A DNA stretch of 64,000 bases, taken from assembly GCA_025201805.1 (NCBI GenBank), contig MU619242.1:329507-393506 (forward strand). The letters are read 5' to 3'. The notes under the pieces were generated by a model. It did no database searches. It saw only the letters and a program-made list of their open reading frames with translations, and was not told the origin of the DNA. Positions 52,501-64,000 of the stretch are shown here, in pieces. The DNA comes from Parasitella parasitica NRRL 2501. Taxonomy: Eukaryota > Fungi > Mucoromycota. Each line of letters opens with the position of its first letter. The stretch's first letter is position 1. Both the position numbers and the translations under genes were made by a program.

Positions 52501-54061
52501 TGTTGGTAAAAGGAAGCAGTGAACGGGGCCTTCTTGGGGGCGCGTTTTTGATGCTCCTCGTCAACAGCTTTCTTAAAGACATCGCCAGGTTTTTGGTTTT
52601 GAACAAGAGCTTCGTAGTCGGCAAACTCAGCCATCACCTGTTTGTAGATTTGCGATTCAAGGTACCTCTTTTCGAATTCAATAGCGTATTTGGGAGCAGC
52701 ATCTTCGAAGCCAGGTCTCACCTCACGTTCGTTTGGATTACACAAGCCAGTCAAGAAATCAGGAATAGACTTTCTCTTGGGGCAGTGGAAACCAAGCGAT
52801 TCAAAGTATTCTTTAGCGTCAGCAGTGGGGCCAAAGTAAAGACAGCGGCCTTCATCCAGCAGCAGCACCTTGTCAAAAAGAGCGAAAATATTGTTAGAGG
52901 CTTGATACAAGGTGGCAATAGTAGTCTTTTTAAAGACGTCTGTCATGATGCGAAGAGAACGGACGTAATCCAGAGCAGAAGCAGCGTCAAGACCACGGGT
53001 AGAGCAATCCCAGCAGTTGATAGAGCTGGAAGTTGTCATTTGTTCAGCAATTGACATACGCTTACGCTCACCACCAGACAAACCACGCACCCAAGCATTG
53101 CCAACCATGGTGTTCATTTGCTTGGTAAGACCAAGCATATTGCCAAGCATGTAAAGCACCTTGTTTACAAAATCGGTTTTGGATTCATCAGGGAGACGTT
53201 TACCGGGTGTCTTCATGCGCAAAGCGAATTCTAGGGTCTGCTTGGCTGTCAAGGTAGGGTAATGCTGGTCCTCTTCTTCATTGTAGCAAACTTGGCCTCT
53301 GTATCTTTTCGCAAATGTCTCGGCATCAATACCACCGTAAGAGACGGTGCCATCGATGTCGGTATACGCACCACGCATGTTGGCCATGACCTTTAAAAAG
53401 GTGGTGCAGCCAGCACCAGGGCGACCCAGTACCAAAAGCATCTCTCCTTCCTTGCAATGGCCTGTCAGATCGTTCAAGATGACCCTTTTGTTCTTGCTTA
53501 CACCAACGCCCAAGAATTTCCAGAATTGAAGAAACGTAAATACTGTAGGGATTGTGTGAGCATCAGCAGCTTGACCCTATTCACCAGATGTGAGTTTTAT
53601 AAGTCGGCAGAAGAAATTAAAAAGTATGTGTACCTGAACAGTCAAATTTTTCCAAATCAAACCCAAATTTTTGAGTTCTTGGCCATTGTCATTTTGATCC
53701 TTGCGAAGGCCATGGAGATACTCATCGAGGTTGAAATCATCGGCTTCAGCAGCACCCTCTTCCAATTTACTGGCATGGGTAGACAAGCGACTGATGCGGG
53801 ATAGCTCTTTTTTCAAATCAATATATTCGTCCTTTGCGGCTATATTTTAGTGACATTAGTATACTTGCGTGCATGCTTCGATCTCAATAACATACCATCA
53901 ATATTAACAGCATTGGCATTGGGTTCACCAAATGCATCTCCGTTGGATTCATAACGGAGGCCGTTTTGGTATATAGTTTGTGTGGATCCATCACTAGAGT
54001 GTTGATCGAATTCTCGACCCTTTTCTCCACTGGGTTTTTGGAGATGATTGGTTAAAGTCAT
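49533..54061 (-). CDS. Full-size PDR-type ABCG multidrug transporter (NBD-TMD-NBD-TMD)
   Basis: NBD1: GRPGAGCTT, VRGLSGGERKR, CWDCSTRGLD. NBD2: GSSGAGKTT, ISVEERKR, LDEPTSGLD. Two TMDs with Cys-containing loops. Confidence 0.97.
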
Positions 54062-55989
54062 GGTAAGATGACAAGGAGCAGTGAATGTTTATATAGTGTA
54101 AAAAAAAATTATAAAAAACCTATACAAAACAACAAGGAAGAGAGAAAAAAAACTGTAAATCTTATCTACCATGTCGTTTCTTTTATACAAAACGTGTGCT
54201 GTCGAAGGATTAGGCGGAGTGCCGTAATTTTTCCGTTTGTCGACAGCTATCGCTGAAGTTGAAAGTCTTATTCGCCTGTGCACTGATGGAATTATATTAT
54301 AGCATTTGATTTGAGAAACGGCACAATGTTGGCCGACCCTATGAAATACAGAAATTTAAAAATATAGAGTGTGATGAGGCGGAGCTCTGTATCTTGAAAA
54401 AGATCAACAATACGATACATCCCATCCACGCACTTGCTAGCGTAGATGGGCCATGTCAATCATTTTGATGGTATCACAATAATTTAGAAGAAGGATTATC
54501 TGTAACATGTGCTATTCAAATGTGTCAATTACAACAGTTTGCTTGAAATTTAAACCAAACGACTGACTGACAAGTTTTCGCAATATCTTGATCTATGGTA
54601 GACCTGAATTCGTGGATCAGCCGAATGAACCGATTCTTGTTTTTTTTTTGGATCTGTGAATAAACGCCGGCAAATAAAGTTGGACCTACTCCGTAAATTT
54701 TTACGTGGTTCTCGGCAATGCATTTTCCACAACCATCTATTGGCTGGATCGCTTGTATAGTAGTGATTACAACGGAGACCTAATGCGGACATTAATACTC
54801 TCGATGTTTAAACATTTACCGGCCCGTATTTTTACAAAGGTATGGCATGGCTTATTGAAATGGTATCATTAAATCCAGCAAACCGTAACAGAAGTTAAGC
54901 AAGTAGTTTATTTTCCACAAAAGGCTTCCATTCAAAGAAATTTTGCACTTTGTCAGTGGAAAGAAAGCCCCCCCCTTCATCTGTATATTAGTTCAGTATC
55001 CAAGAACCTTCAACGCTAGATCTCACTATTGATTTCTCCTGTCTATTGCCTTGATTAAAGGATCCTAAATTGGATAAGTACGATTGTGTCATGGTGCTTC
55101 ATACACAAGGATTTTCTGTGGTATATATCCCATATAATCTTTTGAAATGTGCTGTGTATTTTTAGATTTGTATGACATGCACCTCATATTAATACAATAC
55201 GGCTGGTAAATTTCCTAATTGATAAGCATGTTTCAAGCATATATTTTATTCATAAATACGTGTACATTTATGATAACTAATATTGTCGTATGCATAGCAA
55301 AATCAAATAGAGTACTACGATGAAAAATAGCTTTACTGATTAATGATTAATGATTAATTTGTGTAATTTTATGTCATCGTCATTGGTATTATCATTGTCT
55401 TTGTCAATATTGCTATCGCTGTCTTCTTTGCTAGTATCGTTTTTTGTCTTGGTCATCGGTATCGATTGCTATCTTCATCACCAGTATGATAATTGGTATC
55501 ATCATTATCTTCGTTATCTTCGTCATCCTGAATTACTGGACTTGGCCATTGGTTAGATCGTAAGGCGAATTTCTGCATGATGTACCTCGCGTTGATATTT
55601 GAAAAAAAAAAAAAAAAAAAAAAGAATCCGAGAGATTCGATCGAATGCATAATTTTCGGTATATTATAAAACAGATTTTTACATGCAAGAGTCGATGCAG
55701 TAGATTTTTGATTACGTTTGAGACGAATTTGACGTGTCGAGACCAATCGTTTTATTTTGTAGACATATCACAATATTAACTTGATATCTTTTTTATACAT
55801 CATAATGGATTACGTCAAATATAGTTATCGAAGCGGGATCATCTCAGACCAAGATGCTGAAATGAAAGTCGGTGAGATCGGATTTGACTAAGGAGGCCTT
55901 GCTGATTGATACAGAAGCAGTATATCAGGTAGATCATTGTTGAAGGTTTTCGCTGTAGTAAGACAGCAAATCCAGGTTCAATTTCATTT

Positions 55990-58900
55990 AAACTAACATC
56001 CGAATGAAATTAAGCTATAAACAAAAATAAAACCAAAGACCTGAGAGCTCTTGGCTTCCTTTTCACTGAATAATAAGGGCCCTGCGTTCTCTGTAAACCA
56101 ATTCATCGTAGTCTCTTTATTTAATGATCGATTAGGAAATGATACTGTTTTTACAAATAACTCTCGACTGCCAATCAATGGAAATTTGGCTGAAAACGAT
56201 GTTCATGCAGATGTATAACAAAACATTCACCAAACAAAGCGCAACATACATTATTATCAACTTTTTACTAGAATGACCATGGACAATGTTTTGGACTCGT
56301 GCTACTGATAATAACCAACTTGCTAATTTAACAAAATGATCAAATTGATGAACTGAAGTCCACGTTCAAGTCAAAATAATCACCTCGCAGCTCACTATAT
56401 GTCGGACCCCCTTGAAGTATGTACCATCTTCTAATGTGATCCCAGAATCGATAAGCGTCTGACGTCCAGAAGCCGTAGGAAGCTACAAAATTTCCGGAAA
56501 ATCATGTCTAATTTGTTTTCTGTATCCTAGAAATTTCTATCTTTAATAAACGCCAAATTGGTAAAGACAGAGTTCTCTTTGACACTTTTGAAGGACGGAC
56601 GAACCACTGCAATAAGTGCTAGAGCTGATGATCCAATGATGGCGTTTTGACTAGAATCTGAAGTCGTAATCGGTCAGATCGGTGTCACCAGTGATCATCA
56701 CAGGCCTCACACCACCTCGCTTGAGTTGGCCTATGGCGTCTGTGGTATCATCTTTTATCATATTTCTAAACAGCACAAACCCAATGAAATGGCAACCGGC
56801 TTCCAAATCGTCACGACTCATTGTTTTGATGTCGCGATGGGCTAGTGCTAAAACATAGCAGCCCTCTTGCGCGTATTTTGCCGAGACTGCATCATAGTCG
56901 GTTGGAATAGAAGCGCTAGTTGACAATTCTTTCATGCATTCAGACGAGCCCTTGAAATAAAACGTGCACATGATCGTTGGATGGATCTAGAATGGCAACT
57001 GACTGTGAGGCACGGACATGGACAAATTCACAATGGCGAATAAGATGCACAGGAATATCGGTATTCTTGGAACCTTTGGGTGGCATAAGCGAATTGAGGT
57101 GGTTAAGAGTCACTCGTAGACACAAGTCTTGTACTGCATTGTTTGGTAGGAACCAATGTCGACTGGATCCTCCATAAACTGATCGCCAACTCGAGTCACT
57201 ATATGACACACATTGCAATGCCCATAGCCAGTGTGGGAACCATGCCTAGCGAATTCGCAATACGCTGGTTTGAGTTCACGAGAAATAGCAGGCCCTCTCG
57301 AGTCAGTGCACCGGTCTTGTCAAACCAAAATACACGCACCTTGACAGACAGACAGATGCGAGGGAGGTCAATGCACAGAATACGTTTTTTTTTTTTTTTT
57401 GCGCAATCTAGCGGCGCATACGGATTGTTTGATGGTGAATGCAGTTGGCAGTAGAGGGGAGGGGAGGGGAGAATATTCAAGACACAATGAGTGTCAAACA
57501 GGACGCCACCTTGATGTGCTCATCAAGCATAAAGCTGATAAGAGAAGGAAGCAAAATATTGTGGATGAACATGCTCTTTTCGCTTGAAATTTTTGTGCAA
57601 AGTGCAAGGGCGCATACATTTTCCTGCAAGCCGCTATGCAACTCATCCAGAGAGGGCATGACTTGGGACACCAAGGTGCCAGCATACAACGTACTAGCTT
57701 TACCAGCACCGTCGATTTCGTACACATAGTTGTCGTCAGGCAGAGCAACTTTACGAATCGACATTGCTTCCCCTGTCAAAGGCATCACCAGGGACTAATT
57801 GTGCGCTCAATACAGCGGCTCTCCATTGACCGCCGCGACAGAAGCAATATCGTTTACCTACTCTGCCATTGCCTTGATTTTGTGCTCGGCTCTCTATCTT
57901 GAAAATATACGAATTAAGGCTAAGATCGGAATAATGCCGCCTGTTTGAACTAGGCCCATCGGATGATATTGAAAGCAACTTGTACCGGTAGTAGAGACCA
58001 TGAGTCAAGTCATTTGGTAAAGATATAAGAATGAGCTGAACCGCAAAATACAAATAGCTGGATCTTACTCGTGTACAATTGCCCATGGGATAAACGGCGC
58101 ATAAACTGAAAAGACATTGAAAAACCACCAACTTTTGTCTGCAGCTTCGTAGTTTTTGATTAATAGAGCCAAGCTCAAATCACACAACTTAAAAATCCCT
58201 TTTTTGCCGGTAATACACGTACCTCATACGTAGGTATTCAAAATAGCGTAATCCATTTGAAGTCAAATGCACAAGACAAGCCTTTACGATAATGTTCATT
58301 TTGTCGTAATGCAGTTAGTCGTCGGCAAATATCAAATAGCAACAAGTGAGCTGCCCAGATAGCTTGATAATGTACCCTGATTTTTGATACCCATTTAATA
58401 TCATTCTTTAGAAACACAATCTCATCCTGCTGTCTTTCCACTTGGAGGAATGGGACATTTATGCGGGAACATTTAATTCAAAAAAAGTCTGAAATTAGGT
58501 TTCTAAGCAACGTGATGGTAGCAAACCAGGCTGCAAGTTAGAAACACATGCAAAACGCCACCGTGTAATTTTACGTCAATTAAAACTTGTTTTTGAAGCG
58601 CTCCAAAAGAAACATTTACAGTAATCATCACGAATAATAATGTGGTAATGAAAATTAATGAAAGCAACACTAAGCACAAGCAATCTCGCTTGAACCCTCT
58701 AAATGTCAAATGCTCCGATGCTTTTTTCTTTACTTTGTAATTCTTTCTGACGTGGATTATAATGGATAATATTGATAATTTGCGTTGTGGCACAAGGTAT
58801 GAATTGTTGCACAACCACAAATTGATGGATTGTAGATGAATAGATGCTATTTGACAGGTGCCATCATGGCAACATTCTTGTCCGCTTGGACAAAGATCAT

Positions 58901-59054
58901 GGCTAGTGACACATAAAACTGGACAAACGACACCATATTGAGGAAGCAATGGACATTGAGTATGATCATTAAAATGACTGTTTGATAGTTTTTAACGCCT
59001 ACCTACTTTAAAAATGGGTAATGTTTCTGTTGTCAATATAAATAGTGTTGCCAT
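55990..59054 (-). pseudogene. Degraded P5-type (ATP13A/Ypk9-like) ATPase with Cys-rich N-terminus
   Basis: LVPGD, LTGEAMSIRKVAL, TLYAGT, FDKTGALT, YFKGSSE, GFVLFRN, GVRPVMITGD spread over different frames, with stops; the 3' boundary is uncertain. Confidence 0.85.
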
Positions 59055-61078
59055 GAGAACAAGAAAAGCGCTTCTGTTTCTTGGTAGACATTGTATCTCC
59101 GAGAAATATTATCATTGTGTAATTGCAAGAAATTTAAGTGAATGTTGTCTGTAGCAAGGCATCCGTAACGGACCACCTTTACATGGCAACGAAGCAGACT
59201 TTACAATATTTGACAGCAACTGCTTTGGGTATCCGAAGGATTGTTTTGACGAATGAATAATTGAGTAAAAAGCAGCGCTTAGATCAGGGCTATCCATTAT
59301 ATTATATGATGAGATGCACATTTCGGCAAGTTTTTATACGCCTCAAACTTTGATTTTTGCACTTACTTGATGCAAAGATACTTTTTTCAATATTTGAAGA
59401 CGGAAACTGCCTTACATATAAAACATTTCCTGGCTCAGGTATTACACCCAAAATATCGACCGTGTTTTTATTGAGTAATGAACGTTGTGGTAAACAACCA
59501 GAATGCTTGGCTTGCTAAATACATACCAACCAAAAAAAACTCCACAAAAATGTTTGTAGGCTTTATCAGAAGACTTGTGGCTCGCAGACGGAACTGATGT
59601 TAGTAAATGCACTCAATTAGACGGACACCACTAGTGCTAGTTGAGGTTTGCTACATGGAACAATTCAACTTGTTCCGCTCTTGGCCTTAGCTAGATACCG
59701 CATTTGATCCTTCACGTTGGCAAATGTGGGCTTCAGGTACCCTTTGCAGCTGTTGTCTTTAAAGTCTGGAGGCCGCAATCAGATTTGCACTCAACTTCTT
59801 GCGGTTGATTGTGTTAGTATTATGGTACATGTACTATAAGAACTAAGATGTGCATACACAATTATGTAGCTTTTTTCTGCTGTTATTTTTTTTTTACTGT
59901 TAACACAAGGCTTTCAGAATATGTTGATGTGAGTGGTAAACCAATACGATTTTAGAATAGACCCTCTCTTCAATTTTCTATACTTTAAAGTTTTCCTCAA
60001 TTCATAAATATGGTAGCTTTATGTAATAAAAAGAATTTGTTGTATACAGTTGAGTATGAAGGTATTCCTTGTGTTGTAGCATGAATCCTGGCTTAAAAGG
60101 TGCCGACCTCTTGTACACAGCATTTCCTGATGCTGATTAGACAAACTGCCAGATGCCGTAACTATTTCACAAGATTTGCATTCTAAGACGGGTATTGATT
60201 GTAGCTTATGTTAAATAAGAATTGGTGCAATATCTATCATTTTGCAAACTTCTCTCTTAAGTAAATAAAGAGACATGTAGCCACAAGATGTGCTCTTCGT
60301 ATTACATTTATATCACAAACAGCTAGTAAAACTATTGATTCGACTAAAATGCAATTATATACGCAAAAACAAAAAAAAATCAACAACCAAACACGATACA
60401 ATCATTATAACGATCAAATGTTTATACAATTTAATTCTTGTATGAGCAGTGCACGGGTAAGTAGTAATCGCGATACGCTAAAAACAAAGAAGAAATCATA
60501 TCAAACTGCCCGGAGTTGCATCTTTAGTTCATCAGTAACAAGAATTGGTTGTAATGCATCCATGCTCGTAAGGATCAAAGTTGTGGGTTAACCTCTTATT
60601 GCTATAGTATTTACGCTACTCGCATAGCTAAAAGGCCAAGCAAATATAGCATGCGCCATCGTGCTTTCAGTAAGGGACGCTAAAGAATGACCTCATGAAA
60701 TCCAAAGGTAAGTTGTAGGATCCTTGAATCAGCTCTCGCTCACATAGTGTTCCTATATGTTACAATTACGATATGTTGTAATCCATTACAGTTTCTCTTA
60801 TTCAAAAGGTAGAAACATTTGGCGATTGCCCATTTATCTATGTTTGAAAAAGCCATAGTAGAGCTAATATCAAGATACCAGAATCTAACATGGAAGCTTC
60901 ATCTTGAATATTTTAAACCAATCATGTCAGCTCGGGCCAATATACAACGAAACACTATGGGCAACCGCACAAACAGACCTCATTAAGCTACAATCTTATT
61001 TTGCATGAGAAAAATAAATTCTTTTTTTTTTCTTGTCCGTCCAAAGTAATAATTTCTTTCTTCATAATCTTTATAGCC

Positions 61079-61326
61079 ATGACAACAATGCAAAGGAAAG
61101 CATTCTCAGATGAAGACGATAGTGATAATATGGGAACAAACAAAACACAAGCGAAATCTACTAAAAAGAGGAAAAGAAGTGCAGTAAAACGATTTGACGA
61201 CGAACAACATACATCCACCACCATAGCAACCTCAGAAACCACAGCAACCACGGCCGAAACAACATCAGCAACAGCAATACCGAACAAAGGTAGTGTATGT
61301 GTATGTGTGTGTGTGTGTATGTGTAT

Positions 61327-61378
<52 letters not shown>

Positions 61379-62218
61379 TGTACAAGGGAATAAAACATAA
61401 AAAGGAAACCCAAGCGCGGGTGTATCTAATCTATCCAAACAACTAGATACCTCATACTTGGACGATATCGAAGAAACTGAAGAAAAAGAAAAGAAAAAGA
61501 TCAAACGAGAAAAGAAATCTAAACCAAAAGCGATACCCAAAAAGAAAGGTGTGCTATCGAGAGAAAAAAGAGATACGTTTGTAATTAATTTATATAAATT
61601 GTTAATGTATATATAGCACCCTTAGATTTAGATCGACAATGTGGTGTATTGATAGCGCCTTTAATGAATCCATGCACAAGATCACTTACATGTAAAATTC
61701 ATGCAATGGGGGCAAAACGAGCAGTGGAAGGACGAACTCATCCGTTTAACGAATTGCTGGCAGCCTATCAGAAAAAGGGCATTGGGAGACCACAAGGTAA
61801 AATTGCACATCTTAATTTTCAAAATAAAGTCTTATATTTTTTGCCGACACTATTAGTACCTGTTGGAGGTAACCAAGCAAATCAACACGGACAGCAGAAA
61901 TCTTCATCCAGTAGCAAACTAAACTTACAGCATCAGCAACAAAAACAGCAGCAACAGCAGAAAACTCCAAATGAAGATGATGATAACAGTAATATAGCAA
62001 TTGACTCTGATGAGGAAACTGAAAATATTAGAATAGCTATTGAACAAACCCGACCCATTCCATTAGGATGTAGACAAGTGTTTTATGTAAGAAGAAAGAG
62101 AGAATATCATAAATTACGAGACATTTTATTAGAAGCGATTACGCCCAAAGTGAGTCCAACATCTGCTGCATCTACCACCACCACCACATCTACCTCTCCA
62201 ACGTCTACCTCTTTGTGA
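61079..62218 (+). CDS. SCA7 zinc-finger protein (Sgf73/ataxin-7-like)
   Basis: [35 protein letters not shown]; DSDEE motif downstream. Confidence 0.88.
61294..61381. repeat. (TG)n microsatellite in intron 1 of the SCA7 gene
   Basis: Long tgtgtg tract. Confidence 0.95.
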
Positions 62219-62794
62219 ACGAAAGATAATAAACGGAACCAATCAATCCTTGTTGATATCAGCGGGTGTGTATGTTAGAGAATATCTTTAACTTTATTAT
62301 GTTCGATAAATACGCCACGTGGAATGGCCCAGCATTTTAAGATTATTGCTGTCATTTACAATGTAATATCGAATCACAAACGTGGGTATGTCGAGTTACA
62401 CCTTACTAATTGAGCTGAAGCCATGTGACACACAAGTATATAACACACACACTCAATATTAAACGAGAAAGAAAGTTTCATGATTATCAATTTGGGAAAC
62501 TATCGAAACTTTTTTAGTAATACCTGGTGGGATGAATCAAGATTATTATTGATGTATATATGTGTGTAATTGATTTAAACGCACCCCAGATAAGACATTT
62601 TTGATTCGAATAAAAAGAGTTTTTTTGTTGATTTTTCCTCTTTATCTCTTCTTTTGTTTTTTTCACCTCTCTTTTGTTTTCTCTAAAAAAGAGCTTTAAT
62701 TTAGAAAAATATGTCATTAAATAAGTAAATAAGAATAACAAAGAGTTAATTGCATTGTGTATTAAAATACCAAATCATACTCAGGAACAATTAT

Positions 62795-64000
62795 ATGCTT
62801 CAGCATACACCCTCTTCATCGTCGTCAAGGTAACATGAAAGAATTACAACGGCTCTTTAATTCCATCTCGTTGCCATATGTCAACCAGATTGGCTGAACA
62901 AAAGAAGAGCTTGTTTTGCCATCCAAATAAACTAAATTATTAAATCGGTTGATAGGGATGATAATCATTGCTTGATGTTACCGCCCATCTCATCAATGGA
63001 CAATTATTTACCTACACGTACGTGGAATCCTCCCTCTTTCACAGCGTCATCGCCAAAAGAATTACCTACGACAACATCTTTACCCACACCTCCTCAGCCT
63101 GAACAATGGAAATCACCTCCTTATAACAGTAAAAATGAGTTAGCAAGAGATAGTCTGTATAAATCGCCATTATTGTTTTCAAACACAAGTGCAATGACAG
63201 ACCAGCAGCAGCAACATTCACCCGTTATGCAATCGCATCATAACAAACCCCTTGAATCCTCCTCGTATTTTCAATACACATCAAAGGCATATCATTTTCA
63301 ACAACAACAAAAGAAACACGGCTCTTCTTCAGCATTCAAATTGCATCACAATACTATGGTAAATAAAGCGGATCATGACATTGATCAAGTTGTATCACAA
63401 TGCAACACATTGTGCGATAACATCATTCAGCACAAAGACCAATTTATCAACCATGATCATGAGCAATCTTCCACAAGACCGCTACTGGATGACATGATTG
63501 GGAGAGCAAATGAAGTATTAAATGCTTTGTTAAGGCTTCGAAAACATCAAATAGCATCAGAACAATATCAATCCAATTTGTTGCAGCAGCGGCAACAACA
63601 ACAAACTGCAGCGGCAATGGAGCAAGATTCTGATAATACTGAGCCTGATGCATGGCGTTCGTTATCTGGTGAATCTGTATCTCATATCAACAATCCTGCT
63701 AGGCAGCGTAAAAGAGGGGTAAACATGCTTTTGCAAATGTTTGTTGTTGATGGTGATGATGATTAACAATTTATATATATAGAAACGTCCACAATTTCGA
63801 GGTCGATGCCATTCTTGTAACATATCCGAAACACCTGAATGGAGAAGGGGCCCTGATGGAGCGCGCACCCTTTGCAATGCATGCGGCCTTCGTAAGTTTC
63901 CATCATTCAGAAAGAATTATGCAAATTAATCATTTCATCTGTAGATTACGCTAAATTAGCTCGTAAGCAGCAGGAAAATCGTGGCATGAGCAATGCTCAG
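62795..64000 (+). CDS. GATA zinc-finger transcription factor, NsdD/SUB-1-like (3' partial)
   Basis: [29 protein letters not shown]|HYAKL (C-x2-C-x18-C-x2-C); Gln/His-rich N-terminus. Confidence 0.92.

Noticed and set aside
50301-53054. Long plus-strand ORFs (194-292 aa)
   Set aside because: Antisense shadows of the codon-biased PDR exon.
55330-55790. Acidic minus-strand ORF fragments
   Set aside because: No consistent start or splice model and an internal stop; at most an unassignable relic.

Overview
Eukaryotic, AT-rich, intron-dense DNA that reads as a Mucorales (early-diverging fungus) chromosome segment; this is inferred from gene content and short introns. Host genes: a class C (Venus-flytrap, GABA-B-like) GPCR with a PH-like tail, Ecl1-like protein, RBBP4/HAT2, RAM1, GLC8/inhibitor-2, IGHMBP2/HCS1 helicase, UvdE, MCT1, IMP3, a UPF0658 membrane protein, a Cys-rich GPI protein, an orphan multi-TM protein, a heme-less sulfite oxidase, a PDR-type ABCG pump, a SCA7-domain protein and an NsdD-like GATA factor. 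These are interleaved with TE debris (Helitron 3' end, MULE, Tc1/mariner, LINE tail, a short retroposed insert with TSD) and pseudogenes (P5 ATPase, RBBP4 fragment, LRR-like). The most unusual region is the 24.8-34.6 kb island. It holds two disrupted PD-(D/E)xK nuclease-like genes, and each has a stem-closed cassette upstream on its own sense strand. Gene 1 has a 68-nt antisense copy of its own 3' coding region about 40 bp before its start. Gene 2 has two 191-bp units, each placed exactly on the axis of a palindrome within a T-shaped fold. Function is unproven, and template-switch scars are an alternative explanation. Exon boundaries were read by eye, and CDS coordinates span introns.
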